Source of the DNA: a virus
Taxonomy: Duplodnaviria; Caudoviricetes
Length of the DNA stretch: 37,805 nt
Direction: 5' to 3' (one strand)
IMG/VR virus record: IMGVR_UViG_3300033067_000568
Location: 1 to 37,805 of that record
The notes beneath the pieces are model-generated. The model ran no database searches, was not told where the DNA came from, and saw nothing but the letters and a program-made list of their open reading frames with translations. Numbering within the stretch: position 1 is the first letter of the stretch; every line of letters begins with the position of its first letter. This document shows, piece after piece, positions 1 through 9,400 of the stretch. The translations under genes and the position numbers were made by a program.

Positions 1-114
1 AGCGAGACCCGTGCAGTTGGTCGAATTTGATCCGTCAGTCCTGACAAAATAATCCGCCCCCTGAACATCCAGAGCGATAAGCGAAAAGATGAGGAGAAGG
101 AGAACCTTCTTCAT
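1..114 (-). CDS. Partial (5' end only) signal-peptide-bearing protein, possibly a beta-helix/tailspike type
   Basis: Not in the ORF track. Read by hand: ATG at 114 overlaps the TAA of the upstream gene (TAATG). It translates MKKVLLLLIFSLIALDVQG|ADYFVRTDGSNSTNCTGLA and is open to the window edge. YFVRTDG..N...C.G resembles the start of secreted beta-helix proteins. Confidence 0.8.
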   Translation of the reverse strand, partial: MKKVLLLLIFSLIALDVQGADYFVRTDGSNSTNCTGLA

Positions 115-2417
115 TAATTATTGCTCCCACCCATCTGCGCCCAGACAGTTCCGTTCGTGCAAACAATGGCAGAGTCAGCGAGCCCAAGAACAACGTCAGC
201 CCCTCCGGCAGAGTAAAACAATGAATTATTATCAAGCGTTATGTTGTTTGCGCCCGTGTTGACCACGTTCATACAGCACCCGCTCAGGTCAGAACTTGGA
301 GCCGTGAACGTATTTGTCGTGTTTGTTGTTACTGCGCCTGCTGATGAGATGTCTTTGAATGTCCCACAAGCGTCTGCCGTGATCGTTGCCCCGGCAGTTA
401 TCGTCTGACTCGCTGGCGGTGACGGGTGTCCTAAACGTTCCGGGGTTCCGCTGTTGTCCCGGCAGAACTCGAACGCGCTGTCAGTCGAGTCGTACCAGAA
501 CTTACCTTGTTCACCAGTACAGTCGTCATCATCGACTGCAACATTGTTGATATCGATTTTACCTGTTAGGTTAGGAGTTGGTAATGTGGCGACACCTGCG
601 CTTGTGATTGCCGCCTGACCCGTCGAACCAACCGTCAAAAGCGCTCCTGCGGTGTATGTTCCAATTCCTACGTTCCCGGCTGTGCCGAGTATCGTTGGGC
701 CAGTCGGGCCTGCGATGGTCTGCGTATAGATGGTTCCTGTCGGGCCCAAGTCAAGCGAGCCGCGCGGTAGCAGAGTGCCGATGCCGACGTTTCCGGCGGA
801 TGTGATGATCATGATATTGCCGTCACCCGTGGCCGTGGATGAAACCATCAACGGCGCGCTGGAACCCTGCTTAACGATCTCAAGGGTTGTGGATGGAGTT
901 GTGGTCCCGATACCGACAATATCGGTCGTGGTGGATGTGTAGACGTTCGTTCCGCCGTCGTTCCAACCTCCAGAACCAACACTCAATCCATCTATCTGAG
1001 TTTGAATGTTTGAAGTTGTACCCTTAACATAGGATAATTCGGTCAACGATGGATATGTTGAGGTAGGCAAAGAACCGATGGTTGTTGTCGTAGGCCAGAA
1101 TGTGATTGTATTAGCTGTCCCGATGCCTACTGAACCACCTGAAATATTAGTCAATCCACTTCCGTCACCAACGAAAGCTGTCGCATTGACAGTACCAACA
1201 ACATTTAAAGCACTAACAGGATTAATGGTATTAATACCAACATTGCCACTCGATTTGACAATTAAATAATCCCCATCTGAACTTGCCGTTGAAGAAATCA
1301 TTAATGGCGTTGTTGTTGATTGCTTTACTAATTCTAAATTAGCACTTGGCCTATAAGTTCCAACGCCAACGTTCCCAGAAGTAATTACTAAATCATTGCT
1401 CCCCCAGAAAGAATAATTCCTTGTGCCGGAAGAAGTTGGTACTGCATAAAAACTAATACTATCCCCATTATGTGTGCCGACGAATGTTGATTGCATCCCA
1501 TAAAGTTTGCCAGTATAACTTCCATTTACAGCCTCTACCAAACCCAAAACTCCAGTATAACGATCAGCAGTTCCCGTTGCTTGAGTCCTTCCCTCAACTC
1601 CAGCAAGATTTAATTTACCAACAGATGTATCCTCAGCTAAACCTGCAACGCCAATAGAATGTCCTCCTCCTGTATTGGCTGCGCTTCCTGTTTGTTTTGC
1701 GTATCCTCTTAAAGACCAAACTACATCATTCGTCAAGTTTGGATATACATAAGACACATCTGCCGCAGAACCCACTATATATGTGCCAAAAGTTGTCGTA
1801 TCTGTTGGTGCTGTTGTTTTTCTTACATTGAAACGAGAACCTGCCCAAGTAGAAACTGTTGTTCCTATTCCGACCGTATCTGATGATGTTGTTGGACTAA
1901 TATTAGTCCCACCATCCGTCCATCCTCCAGAACCAACACTTAAACCATCTATCTGTGTCTGGATATTTGAAGTCGCGCCCTTGACGTAAGATAATTCTGT
2001 CAAAGTAGGATATGTTTCCGTCGGTAGCGAGCCGATGGTTGTCGTAGTCGGCCAGAACGTGATCGTGTTAGCGGTTCCGATGCCGACTGAACCTCCGGAG
2101 ATATTTGTAAGACCTGAACCATCCCCAACAAATGCAGTTGCACGGACTGTTCCGACCACTTGTAATTTTTGTGTCGGGCCAGTCGTTGCGATTCCGATAT
2201 TCCCACCGCCTTCGAATATGACCGCTGAATCATCGATTGTTGTTGATGCGGTATATTTTGGGATCGCTCCGACAACGCCTGGACTAACAGTTCCGATACC
2301 GACGCCACCTGAGCTAACAGTCTCGTAATAATCTAAACCATCAATGGCGGCCTTGTAATCGGCATATGATATGGAGCAAACAAAAAGAAGGACGATGAAT
2401 AAAAATAAATTTTTCAT
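114..2417 (-). CDS. Tail-fibre-like protein with GNVGIGT repeats and an N-terminal signal peptide (767 aa)
   Basis: Many G(N/S)VG(I/V)GT beta-repeat motifs, two TELSYVKGxTSNIQTQID fibre motifs and Gly/Thr/Ser-rich composition. SD AAGGAGG. N-terminus MKNLFLFIVLLFVCSISYA|D. Confidence 0.8.
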   Translation of the reverse strand: MKNLFLFIVLLFVCSISYADYKAAIDGLDYYETVSSGGVGIGTVSPGVVGAIPKYTASTTIDDSAVIFEGGGNIGIATTGPTQKLQVVGTVRATAFVGDGSGLTNISGGSVGIGTANTITFWPTTTTIGSLPTETYPTLTELSYVKGATSNIQTQIDGLSVGSGGWTDGGTNISPTTSSDTVGIGTTVSTWAGSRFNVRKTTAPTDTTTFGTYIVGSAADVSYVYPNLTNDVVWSLRGYAKQTGSAANTGGGHSIGVAGLAEDTSVGKLNLAGVEGRTQATGTADRYTGVLGLVEAVNGSYTGKLYGMQSTFVGTHNGDSISFYAVPTSSGTRNYSFWGSNDLVITSGNVGVGTYRPSANLELVKQSTTTPLMISSTASSDGDYLIVKSSGNVGINTINPVSALNVVGTVNATAFVGDGSGLTNISGGSVGIGTANTITFWPTTTTIGSLPTSTYPSLTELSYVKGTTSNIQTQIDGLSVGSGGWNDGGTNVYTSTTTDIVGIGTTTPSTTLEIVKQGSSAPLMVSSTATGDGNIMIITSAGNVGIGTLLPRGSLDLGPTGTIYTQTIAGPTGPTILGTAGNVGIGTYTAGALLTVGSTGQAAITSAGVATLPTPNLTGKIDINNVAVDDDDCTGEQGKFWYDSTDSAFEFCRDNSGTPERLGHPSPPASQTITAGATITADACGTFKDISSAGAVTTNTTNTFTAPSSDLSGCCMNVVNTGANNITLDNNSLFYSAGGADVVLGLADSAIVCTNGTVWAQMGGSNN
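945..1202 (-). repeat. Intragenic 86-codon repeat, C-terminal copy
   Basis: Encodes VVGTVNATAF...GGWNDGGTN; 81/86 aa identical to the copy at 1902-2159. Confidence 0.9.
1902..2159 (-). repeat. Intragenic 86-codon repeat, N-terminal copy
   Basis: Encodes VVGTVRATAF...GGWTDGGTN; 81/86 aa identical to the copy at 945-1202. Confidence 0.9.
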
Positions 2418-2425
2418 GTTCCTCC

Positions 2426-2746
2426 TTAAATGCCAGTATTAAAAACAGCGTTGAACGCGGCGTATGTTTCCGATGCCCTGTTCGTCCATGCCGTCGAATA
2501 TGCCGTTGTACCTTTGGTGTAGGTGTAATTTGTGATCCCTGCAGATATGGTGGCCTTGGCTATGAAATAATAGCCGTCTTGCCTGAGATAACCGTAATAC
2601 CGTGGCGATGCAGCGGCCTCGTCGATGTCAACGATCTTGTAGGCGTTGTATAGGTCGTTGAAATTCCGGGCCGTTCCAGGGTACATGGCGGCGTATGCAG
2701 GAACGCACAGAAAAACCGCGATAATAAAAAATAATATTTTCCGCAT
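2426..2746 (-). CDS. Small tail-fibre-associated protein with signal peptide (106 aa)
   Basis: SD AAGGAG. N-terminus MRKILFFIIAVFLCVPAYA|A. The YYG...W.NRAS.TY pattern recalls small phage structural proteins. Confidence 0.7.
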   Translation of the reverse strand: MRKILFFIIAVFLCVPAYAAMYPGTARNFNDLYNAYKIVDIDEAAASPRYYGYLRQDGYYFIAKATISAGITNYTYTKGTTAYSTAWTNRASETYAAFNAVFNTGI

Positions 2747-2757
2747 AGAGACTCCTT

Positions 2758-4989
2758 TTAATTACAAGTTCCGCATATTGAATTTGTCAATGATCCTGTG
2801 CAATATCCAAGTATTGACGTTCCGCCACTGATCGACTTAACGCAAACAAGAGTGCCTGCCGTGGTTGTTCCTATACCAACGCGCATGTTTCCTGTGCCAA
2901 TATCGAGCGTCGCTCCAGGGGCTGTTGAGCCGATGCCGAGGTTCCCACCAGACGTAAAACGCATGGCGGTCGATGCCGTTGCGCCGACTTGCAGTAATGA
3001 TGTCGGTGTTGTCGTCCCGACGCCGACGTTGCCTTCTGAAGTAATTCTTATGCGTTCCGTTGCTGAAGTTGATCCGATTGCAGCCGTCCTAAATTGTAAA
3101 TGAGATCCAGCTGCTGATGCGGTAAATGCTTCCGCAGCGATTGCTTGAATAACTGCACCGTAAACATACTGTGTCCCGGTCGTGCTATACGAACCGGCGA
3201 ATCCAAATGCACCAAGGCGTGAACCAGAATCTAACGCTGTATAATCATTTTGCTTTAGAATGATTGTTCCTCCAGATGTTGTACTGTCCGCAGCAGAAGA
3301 GACTATACTAAAATGGTCTCCGGTCGTCGGGTGATATTCCATCTGGTTCGTTTTAATGTTATGGAGCGAAACATTTTTTCCGCCTGATTTTGTAAACGTA
3401 GAACCGCCGCCGTTATCGAAAATTGAGTAATGTATTTCTCCGATAGCAAGGTTTGAGGCGTCAACCAAATTTGTGACATTGGCAAATGTTCCGGTATTAT
3501 GCTCGATGTCTAAATCATAAATCTTAAAATAGCTTGTTGTAGAGCCTGAGCTTGAAACTAAAACAGAATTTTGAACAGATTCAACTGCAACTTGAAATAC
3601 TTGGGCCGGATAACGACAATCATAAAAATTAAGCGCATTCACTCCTAAAACGATAAATGCACTCCAGATAAGTGAGTGTTCGCCTAAACGGACGCCGTTA
3701 TAGTAAGTTTTAATCTTTAAATTTTTCCAACCCCCTGAGACATTTCCAGCGAGCATATCCGGTAACTTTAAAGCAAAAGAATCGTTATGAGTAGGTAATG
3801 CAAGATTTGAAACAGGCCCTGTATCAAAAGTTACATTATCACCTTGCGCTTGGTCAGCGTCTTTTAACTCAAGCGCAGAATGCGTCGGGTCTTGTACAGT
3901 TCGGAAACGGATATTTTCAAATATGGCATTTATCCTTGCTATATTTCCTGTCCCGCCACCACCTGAGTCTGTAACAGACATGATTGCATTTTCACCATTC
4001 GTACCATATTTTGTTCCATAAATAATAGCACCATTATTTGCGGCAGCATTTGGAGCAGAAGATACTGGCCCCTTAATGTGGAATGTTGTAACTGGACTAG
4101 CAAAAGCAATGGCTGGGAATGCTATTTGAGAACCGCCAGACTGATCGAAAGCACCATTGACAATATAAGTTCCTTCAGGAAAAAATATTATCCCTGTTTT
4201 TCCAATGACAGAATCAGAACCTAATGCGGCAAATGCCGCACGAATGGCGGTTGTGTCGTCTGTACCGTAAGTGTACGAGCTTGACGAAACGGTATCGGTT
4301 GCGGCATTAGTTAGTTCAACACTTGTTGCACTGTTAATCGATGCGATGGTAGTAGTCAGGTCTAAGTTTGTTCCGGCAGCACTTTGAATGGTAATTACTT
4401 TTCCAATATCAGATGCAGCAAAAGAAGCTGAGGCACTTGTAAAAGTATTGTCAGCAGCCGTTATGGCTCCGTCAAACGCCTGAACACCATCTCCCTTTGC
4501 TCCATACTGCTTTACGTTAAAAACAACAGCACCATCTTCAGTCCCACCCGTAAAACTTCCATCAACAACGAATCCGTTTTCGGTCGTATGGGCAACTGTT
4601 TTACCGTTCTTGTTTTTGAATTCATCGACCGGAGTAATATATCCTGTTTCGTCCGTCATCGTGGTCACGATCGTCCCGCTTGTGTAGGCCGAACAATACA
4701 TACGATATGCGAGCTGATTGCTCCCGCGCGATTCAGCGAGAACCGTTCCCGAACCTGCACCCGTTCCGGTTGCTACGGTCTGCCAAGTCGAAACGCCGTC
4801 CGTAGAACTCTGCAACACCCAAGTCCCGACGAACGTTCCCGAAACTGAATAGGTGAACGAATCGCCAACCTTGACTGAGAGTACGCCCCCTGCCGTATTC
4901 GCTGCGGTGAAACTTTTGGAAACCGTGGCGGCGAACGCCTGACCGCACACCAAGAACGCCAAAATTAAACTCAAGATGAATTTTTTCAT
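2758..4989 (-). CDS. Tailspike/depolymerase-like protein (pectate-lyase-3-type beta-helix) with signal peptide (743 aa)
   Basis: FNVKQYGAKGDG ... TDDTTAIRAAF ... IIFFPEGTYIV signature and C-terminal GNVGVGT repeats. SD AAGGAG. N-terminus MKKFILSLILAFLVCGQAFA|A. Confidence 0.85.
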   Translation of the reverse strand: MKKFILSLILAFLVCGQAFAATVSKSFTAANTAGGVLSVKVGDSFTYSVSGTFVGTWVLQSSTDGVSTWQTVATGTGAGSGTVLAESRGSNQLAYRMYCSAYTSGTIVTTMTDETGYITPVDEFKNKNGKTVAHTTENGFVVDGSFTGGTEDGAVVFNVKQYGAKGDGVQAFDGAITAADNTFTSASASFAASDIGKVITIQSAAGTNLDLTTTIASINSATSVELTNAATDTVSSSSYTYGTDDTTAIRAAFAALGSDSVIGKTGIIFFPEGTYIVNGAFDQSGGSQIAFPAIAFASPVTTFHIKGPVSSAPNAAANNGAIIYGTKYGTNGENAIMSVTDSGGGGTGNIARINAIFENIRFRTVQDPTHSALELKDADQAQGDNVTFDTGPVSNLALPTHNDSFALKLPDMLAGNVSGGWKNLKIKTYYNGVRLGEHSLIWSAFIVLGVNALNFYDCRYPAQVFQVAVESVQNSVLVSSSGSTTSYFKIYDLDIEHNTGTFANVTNLVDASNLAIGEIHYSIFDNGGGSTFTKSGGKNVSLHNIKTNQMEYHPTTGDHFSIVSSAADSTTSGGTIILKQNDYTALDSGSRLGAFGFAGSYSTTGTQYVYGAVIQAIAAEAFTASAAGSHLQFRTAAIGSTSATERIRITSEGNVGVGTTTPTSLLQVGATASTAMRFTSGGNLGIGSTAPGATLDIGTGNMRVGIGTTTAGTLVCVKSISGGTSILGYCTGSLTNSICGTCN

Positions 4990-5002
4990 TGAATGACTCC
5001 TT

Positions 5003-6433
5003 TTAAGATCCCACAGGCATAAATTGTAGGTCGGTTGATGGTGCTGTACCGAATGAATCTAGTTCAGCCCTGTAATATTCGTTTTTTCTGATTGGCACAC
5101 ACATGCCGTTTTTACGGTTCCCTTGTGTAGCTGAAAATGTGCTATTAACTCGCCATCCAGACGCATAACCGACAACGGTCGAAGGTGTTGCCGATGAGTC
5201 TGAATAAAATATTAAATCGCCGCCAGAACCGTCAGTTCCACTATTGAGCCAACCACAAAAAATACCGTCTGTGGTCGCTTGATAATTAGTGGCAAGTGAT
5301 TTCGAAACGCGCGCGCCGTACAGAGAACCCAGTGATGCGGTAGTATGCGTATGCCCAGGGTCTGCGCCGGATGTGACGTTTGCCCCTGTTATAGTTGTCG
5401 CCGCCACCGTCCCAACAACCTGCAATTTCTGCGTCGGCGACCATGTGCCAACGCCAACGTTCCCGTTCATAACAACGAGCCCGCCAACGGGCGCTGTCGT
5501 CCCAAGTCCGACGTTCCCTGAAAAACTGTTCACGCCCGTACCCGTCTGCGTATAACCACCCGTGGCTGTCGTTGCCACAACCGTTGTCGTACCTGTGGCC
5601 TGTAACGTGGTAAATTTACCGGCGTTCGGTGTCGTTGTGCCGATTCCGACGTTCGGGGCTCGTAAGTCCAAATACTGATATGCTGACGCCCCCTGATTAA
5701 CTTGGAGAACGTTCAGGCTGTTTGACACGATAGACGGCAAATTAACCGAAGCCGCGCTCGCTGCTGCTGCTGCTGCACTTGCCGCTGCTGCCGTTGCATT
5801 GGAAGCCGCGCTTGTGGCATTGGCTTGAGCTGCTGAAATAGCATCTGCGTCCGGACCGTCCGTGAAACCGTCGCCATCATCGTTAACGATTATCGAAGCC
5901 CCTGGATTGCCGACCAAACTGGCAGGTATCGCGGTGTCGAAATCGTCAGGGTCAGTCGTCTCGGAAAATTTAACGGACCGGTCAATTTCGTCCTGTTGTT
6001 GCTGATCTATCATGATTAGAGAATCAAACGTGTCCTCATGAGTTTCAGGATAGAACGCGCCCTGATTGCGAATGTCGGTGAGCTGTTTGATGGGCCGGAC
6101 GCGGCGAATGGTAAGGATGTAATTCGTTTTCAGATCCCCATCGCCGTCCAGCCAAGCCTGTGCGGAATTTACGAGAACGACGTTACCACCACTCGATGAA
6201 CCTACGCCAGTCACGGTATAATCCGTGGTTAATGTCAGCGTGGTTTCAACGTCGTTGGTATCTCGGACCGTGACCAAGAGATCGGTATTAGCAAATATTT
6301 TGTAGGAATAGGAATAGGTGTCGACCGCGCCGTTGCCGGTGTAATCCATACGGCTTGTCGTCGATGATATTGTCGCGTGAACGGGAGCGGTGAAGGTCAA
6401 CAAACACAAAATTAAGAGTAATCGAAACATCAT
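5003..6433 (-). CDS. Tail fibre protein with T7-type N-terminal anchor domain, preceded by a signal peptide (476 aa; start may be the second ATG at 6430)
   Basis: TISSTTSRMDYTGNG...YSYKIF...DLLV...LTLTTDYTVTG...LTIRR...QLTD..NQGAF.PETHED.FD.L.MIDQQ is the podovirus fibre adaptor domain. It is followed by an Ala-rich helix and GNVGLGT repeats. Confidence 0.88.
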   Translation of the reverse strand: MMFRLLLILCLLTFTAPVHATISSTTSRMDYTGNGAVDTYSYSYKIFANTDLLVTVRDTNDVETTLTLTTDYTVTGVGSSSGGNVVLVNSAQAWLDGDGDLKTNYILTIRRVRPIKQLTDIRNQGAFYPETHEDTFDSLIMIDQQQQDEIDRSVKFSETTDPDDFDTAIPASLVGNPGASIIVNDDGDGFTDGPDADAISAAQANATSAASNATAAAASAAAAAASAASVNLPSIVSNSLNVLQVNQGASAYQYLDLRAPNVGIGTTTPNAGKFTTLQATGTTTVVATTATGGYTQTGTGVNSFSGNVGLGTTAPVGGLVVMNGNVGVGTWSPTQKLQVVGTVAATTITGANVTSGADPGHTHTTASLGSLYGARVSKSLATNYQATTDGIFCGWLNSGTDGSGGDLIFYSDSSATPSTVVGYASGWRVNSTFSATQGNRKNGMCVPIRKNEYYRAELDSFGTAPSTDLQFMPVGS

Positions 6434-6448
6434 GCCTCCGCTATAAAT

Positions 6449-6476
6449 AGTCTATGTTTTATACGGTTATAATCAA
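6449..6476 (-). promoter_or_regulatory. Putative sigma70-like promoter for the fibre operon
   Basis: TTGATT-N16-TAGACT in an AT-rich gap upstream of the GGAGG SD. Confidence 0.5.
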
Positions 6477-6492
6477 TAAAAATTTAAGTTAT

Positions 6493-9400
6493 TTAAAAAT
6501 CAAGCCTAGTTCGTTTTTTCTTTTTCTTGTTATCTAAATATTGGCGTCCACCACCGAACCACCAGTAATAAAATTTACCTATCAGTGGAAGCCCACTCCA
6601 AACTTTATAGTTATCAACACCACGTTTTGACTGCAAATCTGAATATAAATCACCGATAACAGGAAATGGCGGAGCGATCGTAGACAATACTGCTGATCGC
6701 AAACCTTCACGTTTTGCCTTATAAATGGTGTATTTTGAAAAACCAATAAGACGAAGAATATTATCAATCACTAAATCAGAAGGCCGAATCGGACGGCCCA
6801 AAAGCAAATCTTTAATCACGTCTGTGCTTGCTCCCATAACTGCAAGAGCCATCGAGAAACGTACTAGGTCTATCATGGCTTTTTTCGGATTGTTTTTCAT
6901 CTCCATAAAAATTTTATTGTGATAAACGTCAAGCTGTTTGATTGAATACGATTTGAGCATATATGCGATACGCATATTACCGCCCTTCGCATAATACTCA
7001 GGCATTTCGGAAACGGTTACCGGCTGATAATCAAGCAACCGGCTGAACAATAAGTATTTGACGTTCTCGGTCGGATTCTCATTTTTAAGATCATCTAACG
7101 TCTGTGCAGATTCCTCACCGAAAACACGGTTCAATTCTTGAATCAACGCAGGATCGTTAGCGTTCGCCTGTTTCGACAACTTATTCATTGCGCCGTTGAT
7201 GAACGTCTCTTTTAGCAGAGAATCCATCTTGCTGAAACCAATAACACGAAATAACTTTTGAACCATATCCCCAATTTTAGATTGGTCTACAAATTCTTCT
7301 GCGATACGATCAAGGTGCAAATCGGATGTTTTGACGCCTTTGCCACTGATCGCTTTTGCAAGCCCAACACCCGACGAATAAATTCCGTTCTCGAACAACG
7401 ACGATGCTAAGTCATTAATTTGTGAAAGTGCCGAAACAGGAGAACCCATCGTATAAATATATGCGGTGTTCTTCCATAACGAAACCCATCCGCGCGTGCC
7501 ACGTTGCTTAAAACGGGCTTCCATTATTTTTTTAACCTCAGCCTCGTCTTTATGAGAAATCAATCCTTTTTCCATTAACTCATGCGTATATTTACCAATA
7601 CTTTTGTCAACGTCTTTTCCGTCCATTCCAAAGAATTTACGACTTTCGATTGCGTTATTCATCGACGAAACATACTCATGCAGTGCTGTCGTGCTATTTT
7701 TGTAAAATACGTTCATCTGTCCATCGACAGTTTCAATCTTCCGGGCCTTCGTGTTGCTCGGTCTTGACAGCCTGATTTCACCTTTGGCGAAACCGCGTAA
7801 TAGTTTATTGATGAACTCAACTTTTTCCTCATTGTTGAGAAGTTCGCCAATCCTGACTTGTTCCTCTTTGATAAGATTTTCGATCTGGCTCCACTGCTCA
7901 CCATTTCTAAGATAATTCATGAACGCTTCAGCGTCTATGACTCGGCGTGGAAAATAGAGGTCTAAATATCCGACATCCATACCGGCTTGGCGGGCGCGGA
8001 TATAAATTTTGTTCAACTCGTTCCGAACAGCTTCATATTCTTCTATGATTCCGTTACGTGATACGATTTCATCAACGACTTTATGATCGCTGTTTTTGAG
8101 CGCCAAATCCAAAGCCTTCGCATCCGCAGGATTCAATTCGCTGTATTTGTTTAAAAATGGTTCAATTATTTTCAGACTTTCTGAAGTTTCGGCTCGCACT
8201 AAATACTCAAATTTACGCATGGAATCACGAAGCGTTTTAGATATTTTCGCCAAGCGTGTTGAGAGAGGAACGAACGCGGCGTCAACCCATTCGTGGAAAT
8301 CTTTTGCGGTCTGACCATCAGCTCCAATTTTCGGAATATTTGGGATCACTATATGACCGGATTGATTCTTTAAAAAGTTTGTGCGAATAGCTTCAGGGTT
8401 TGTCTTCTGCGCCACTTCCCATTCGGCGGTGAGTTTTTCTCGGTAAGCTTTTCTTCTATAGCCTTCAATCTGATGGAATGGTTTTTCTTTAGCTGGTAAA
8501 TATGGTTGGGGATCATACCCCCATTCATGAATTGAATCCCCATTTGTAAAGATATCTCTGGCAGAGACAGTTTTACTAATAATCTTATATTCACCGTTTA
8601 ACTGGCTTTCTCCGTGTTCTTTTGCATAATTCCTATTGATAGAAACCCAATCGCCCGCTGTAAATGTACTTTTTGAATCCTTTGGGATGGCTCTATATAT
8701 TGTAATTACTTTATCTGGCTTATTTCTATATTGCTGCATTATGGAAACTGTTTGCATATCGTCAGGATGATTCTGTCCGTAATGACCATAATATTGAGCC
8801 GCTTTTCCACTATAAACATCATCCGGATAAGTTCCCGACAAGTCATAAAGAGGGCTTCCTGAATCTGCTGTTGGAGCGGTATGGTTTCCTCGATAATCAG
8901 CTTCTACCACACCGCTTTTATGCTTAATTTTTTCAACAGGAAAATATTCCTTAGCTTTAGCAGCCACATACTCCTCTGCGGTCTTGAAGTCTGCCGGATT
9001 TGTTGATTGCGGAATATCCTCTTTATACTGGTAGACAAATTCGTTATTCTTGGTCAAAAATCCTGGCTTGGCTTTGTCTTGGTCAAGATTCTCACGAACA
9101 AAAATATCTGCATGGTTTGCGTTCTTCTCCAAATCAAATTTTCCACCATACACTTTTCCGTCTTGAATGAACGCAGGGCCAATGATATTTTTAACTTTAT
9201 CTGGGTTTATAACCAAATCTTCGGTCGTCGCTTCAACCGATTCGTTTAATACCTTGATTTCTTTTCCTTCAAACATGGCCTTCTGGTTTTCGCTCGGCTG
9301 AATATTAATCGGTTCTTCGCCGCTATTAAACGGATTCACAACCGACCCACGTTCCTTCCCGCCGGGCAGGGCTTTTATGCTGTCCATGAACTCTGAGGCA

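Noticed and set aside
945-2159. Diversity-generating retroelement TR/VR pair, considered because the head module is BPP-1-like
   Set aside because: Both copies are in-frame within one gene, differences are mostly synonymous rather than adenine-specific, and no reverse transcriptase is in the window.
5755-5835. (GCT)n microsatellite
   Set aside because: It simply encodes the Ala-rich helical linker of the tail fibre.
2350-6433. Lipoprotein (SPase II) signals, since four of the leaders contain Cys
   Set aside because: The Cys contexts (LILC, FLVC, VFLC, LFVC) lack the small -1 residue of a lipobox, and AxA-type SPase I sites follow.
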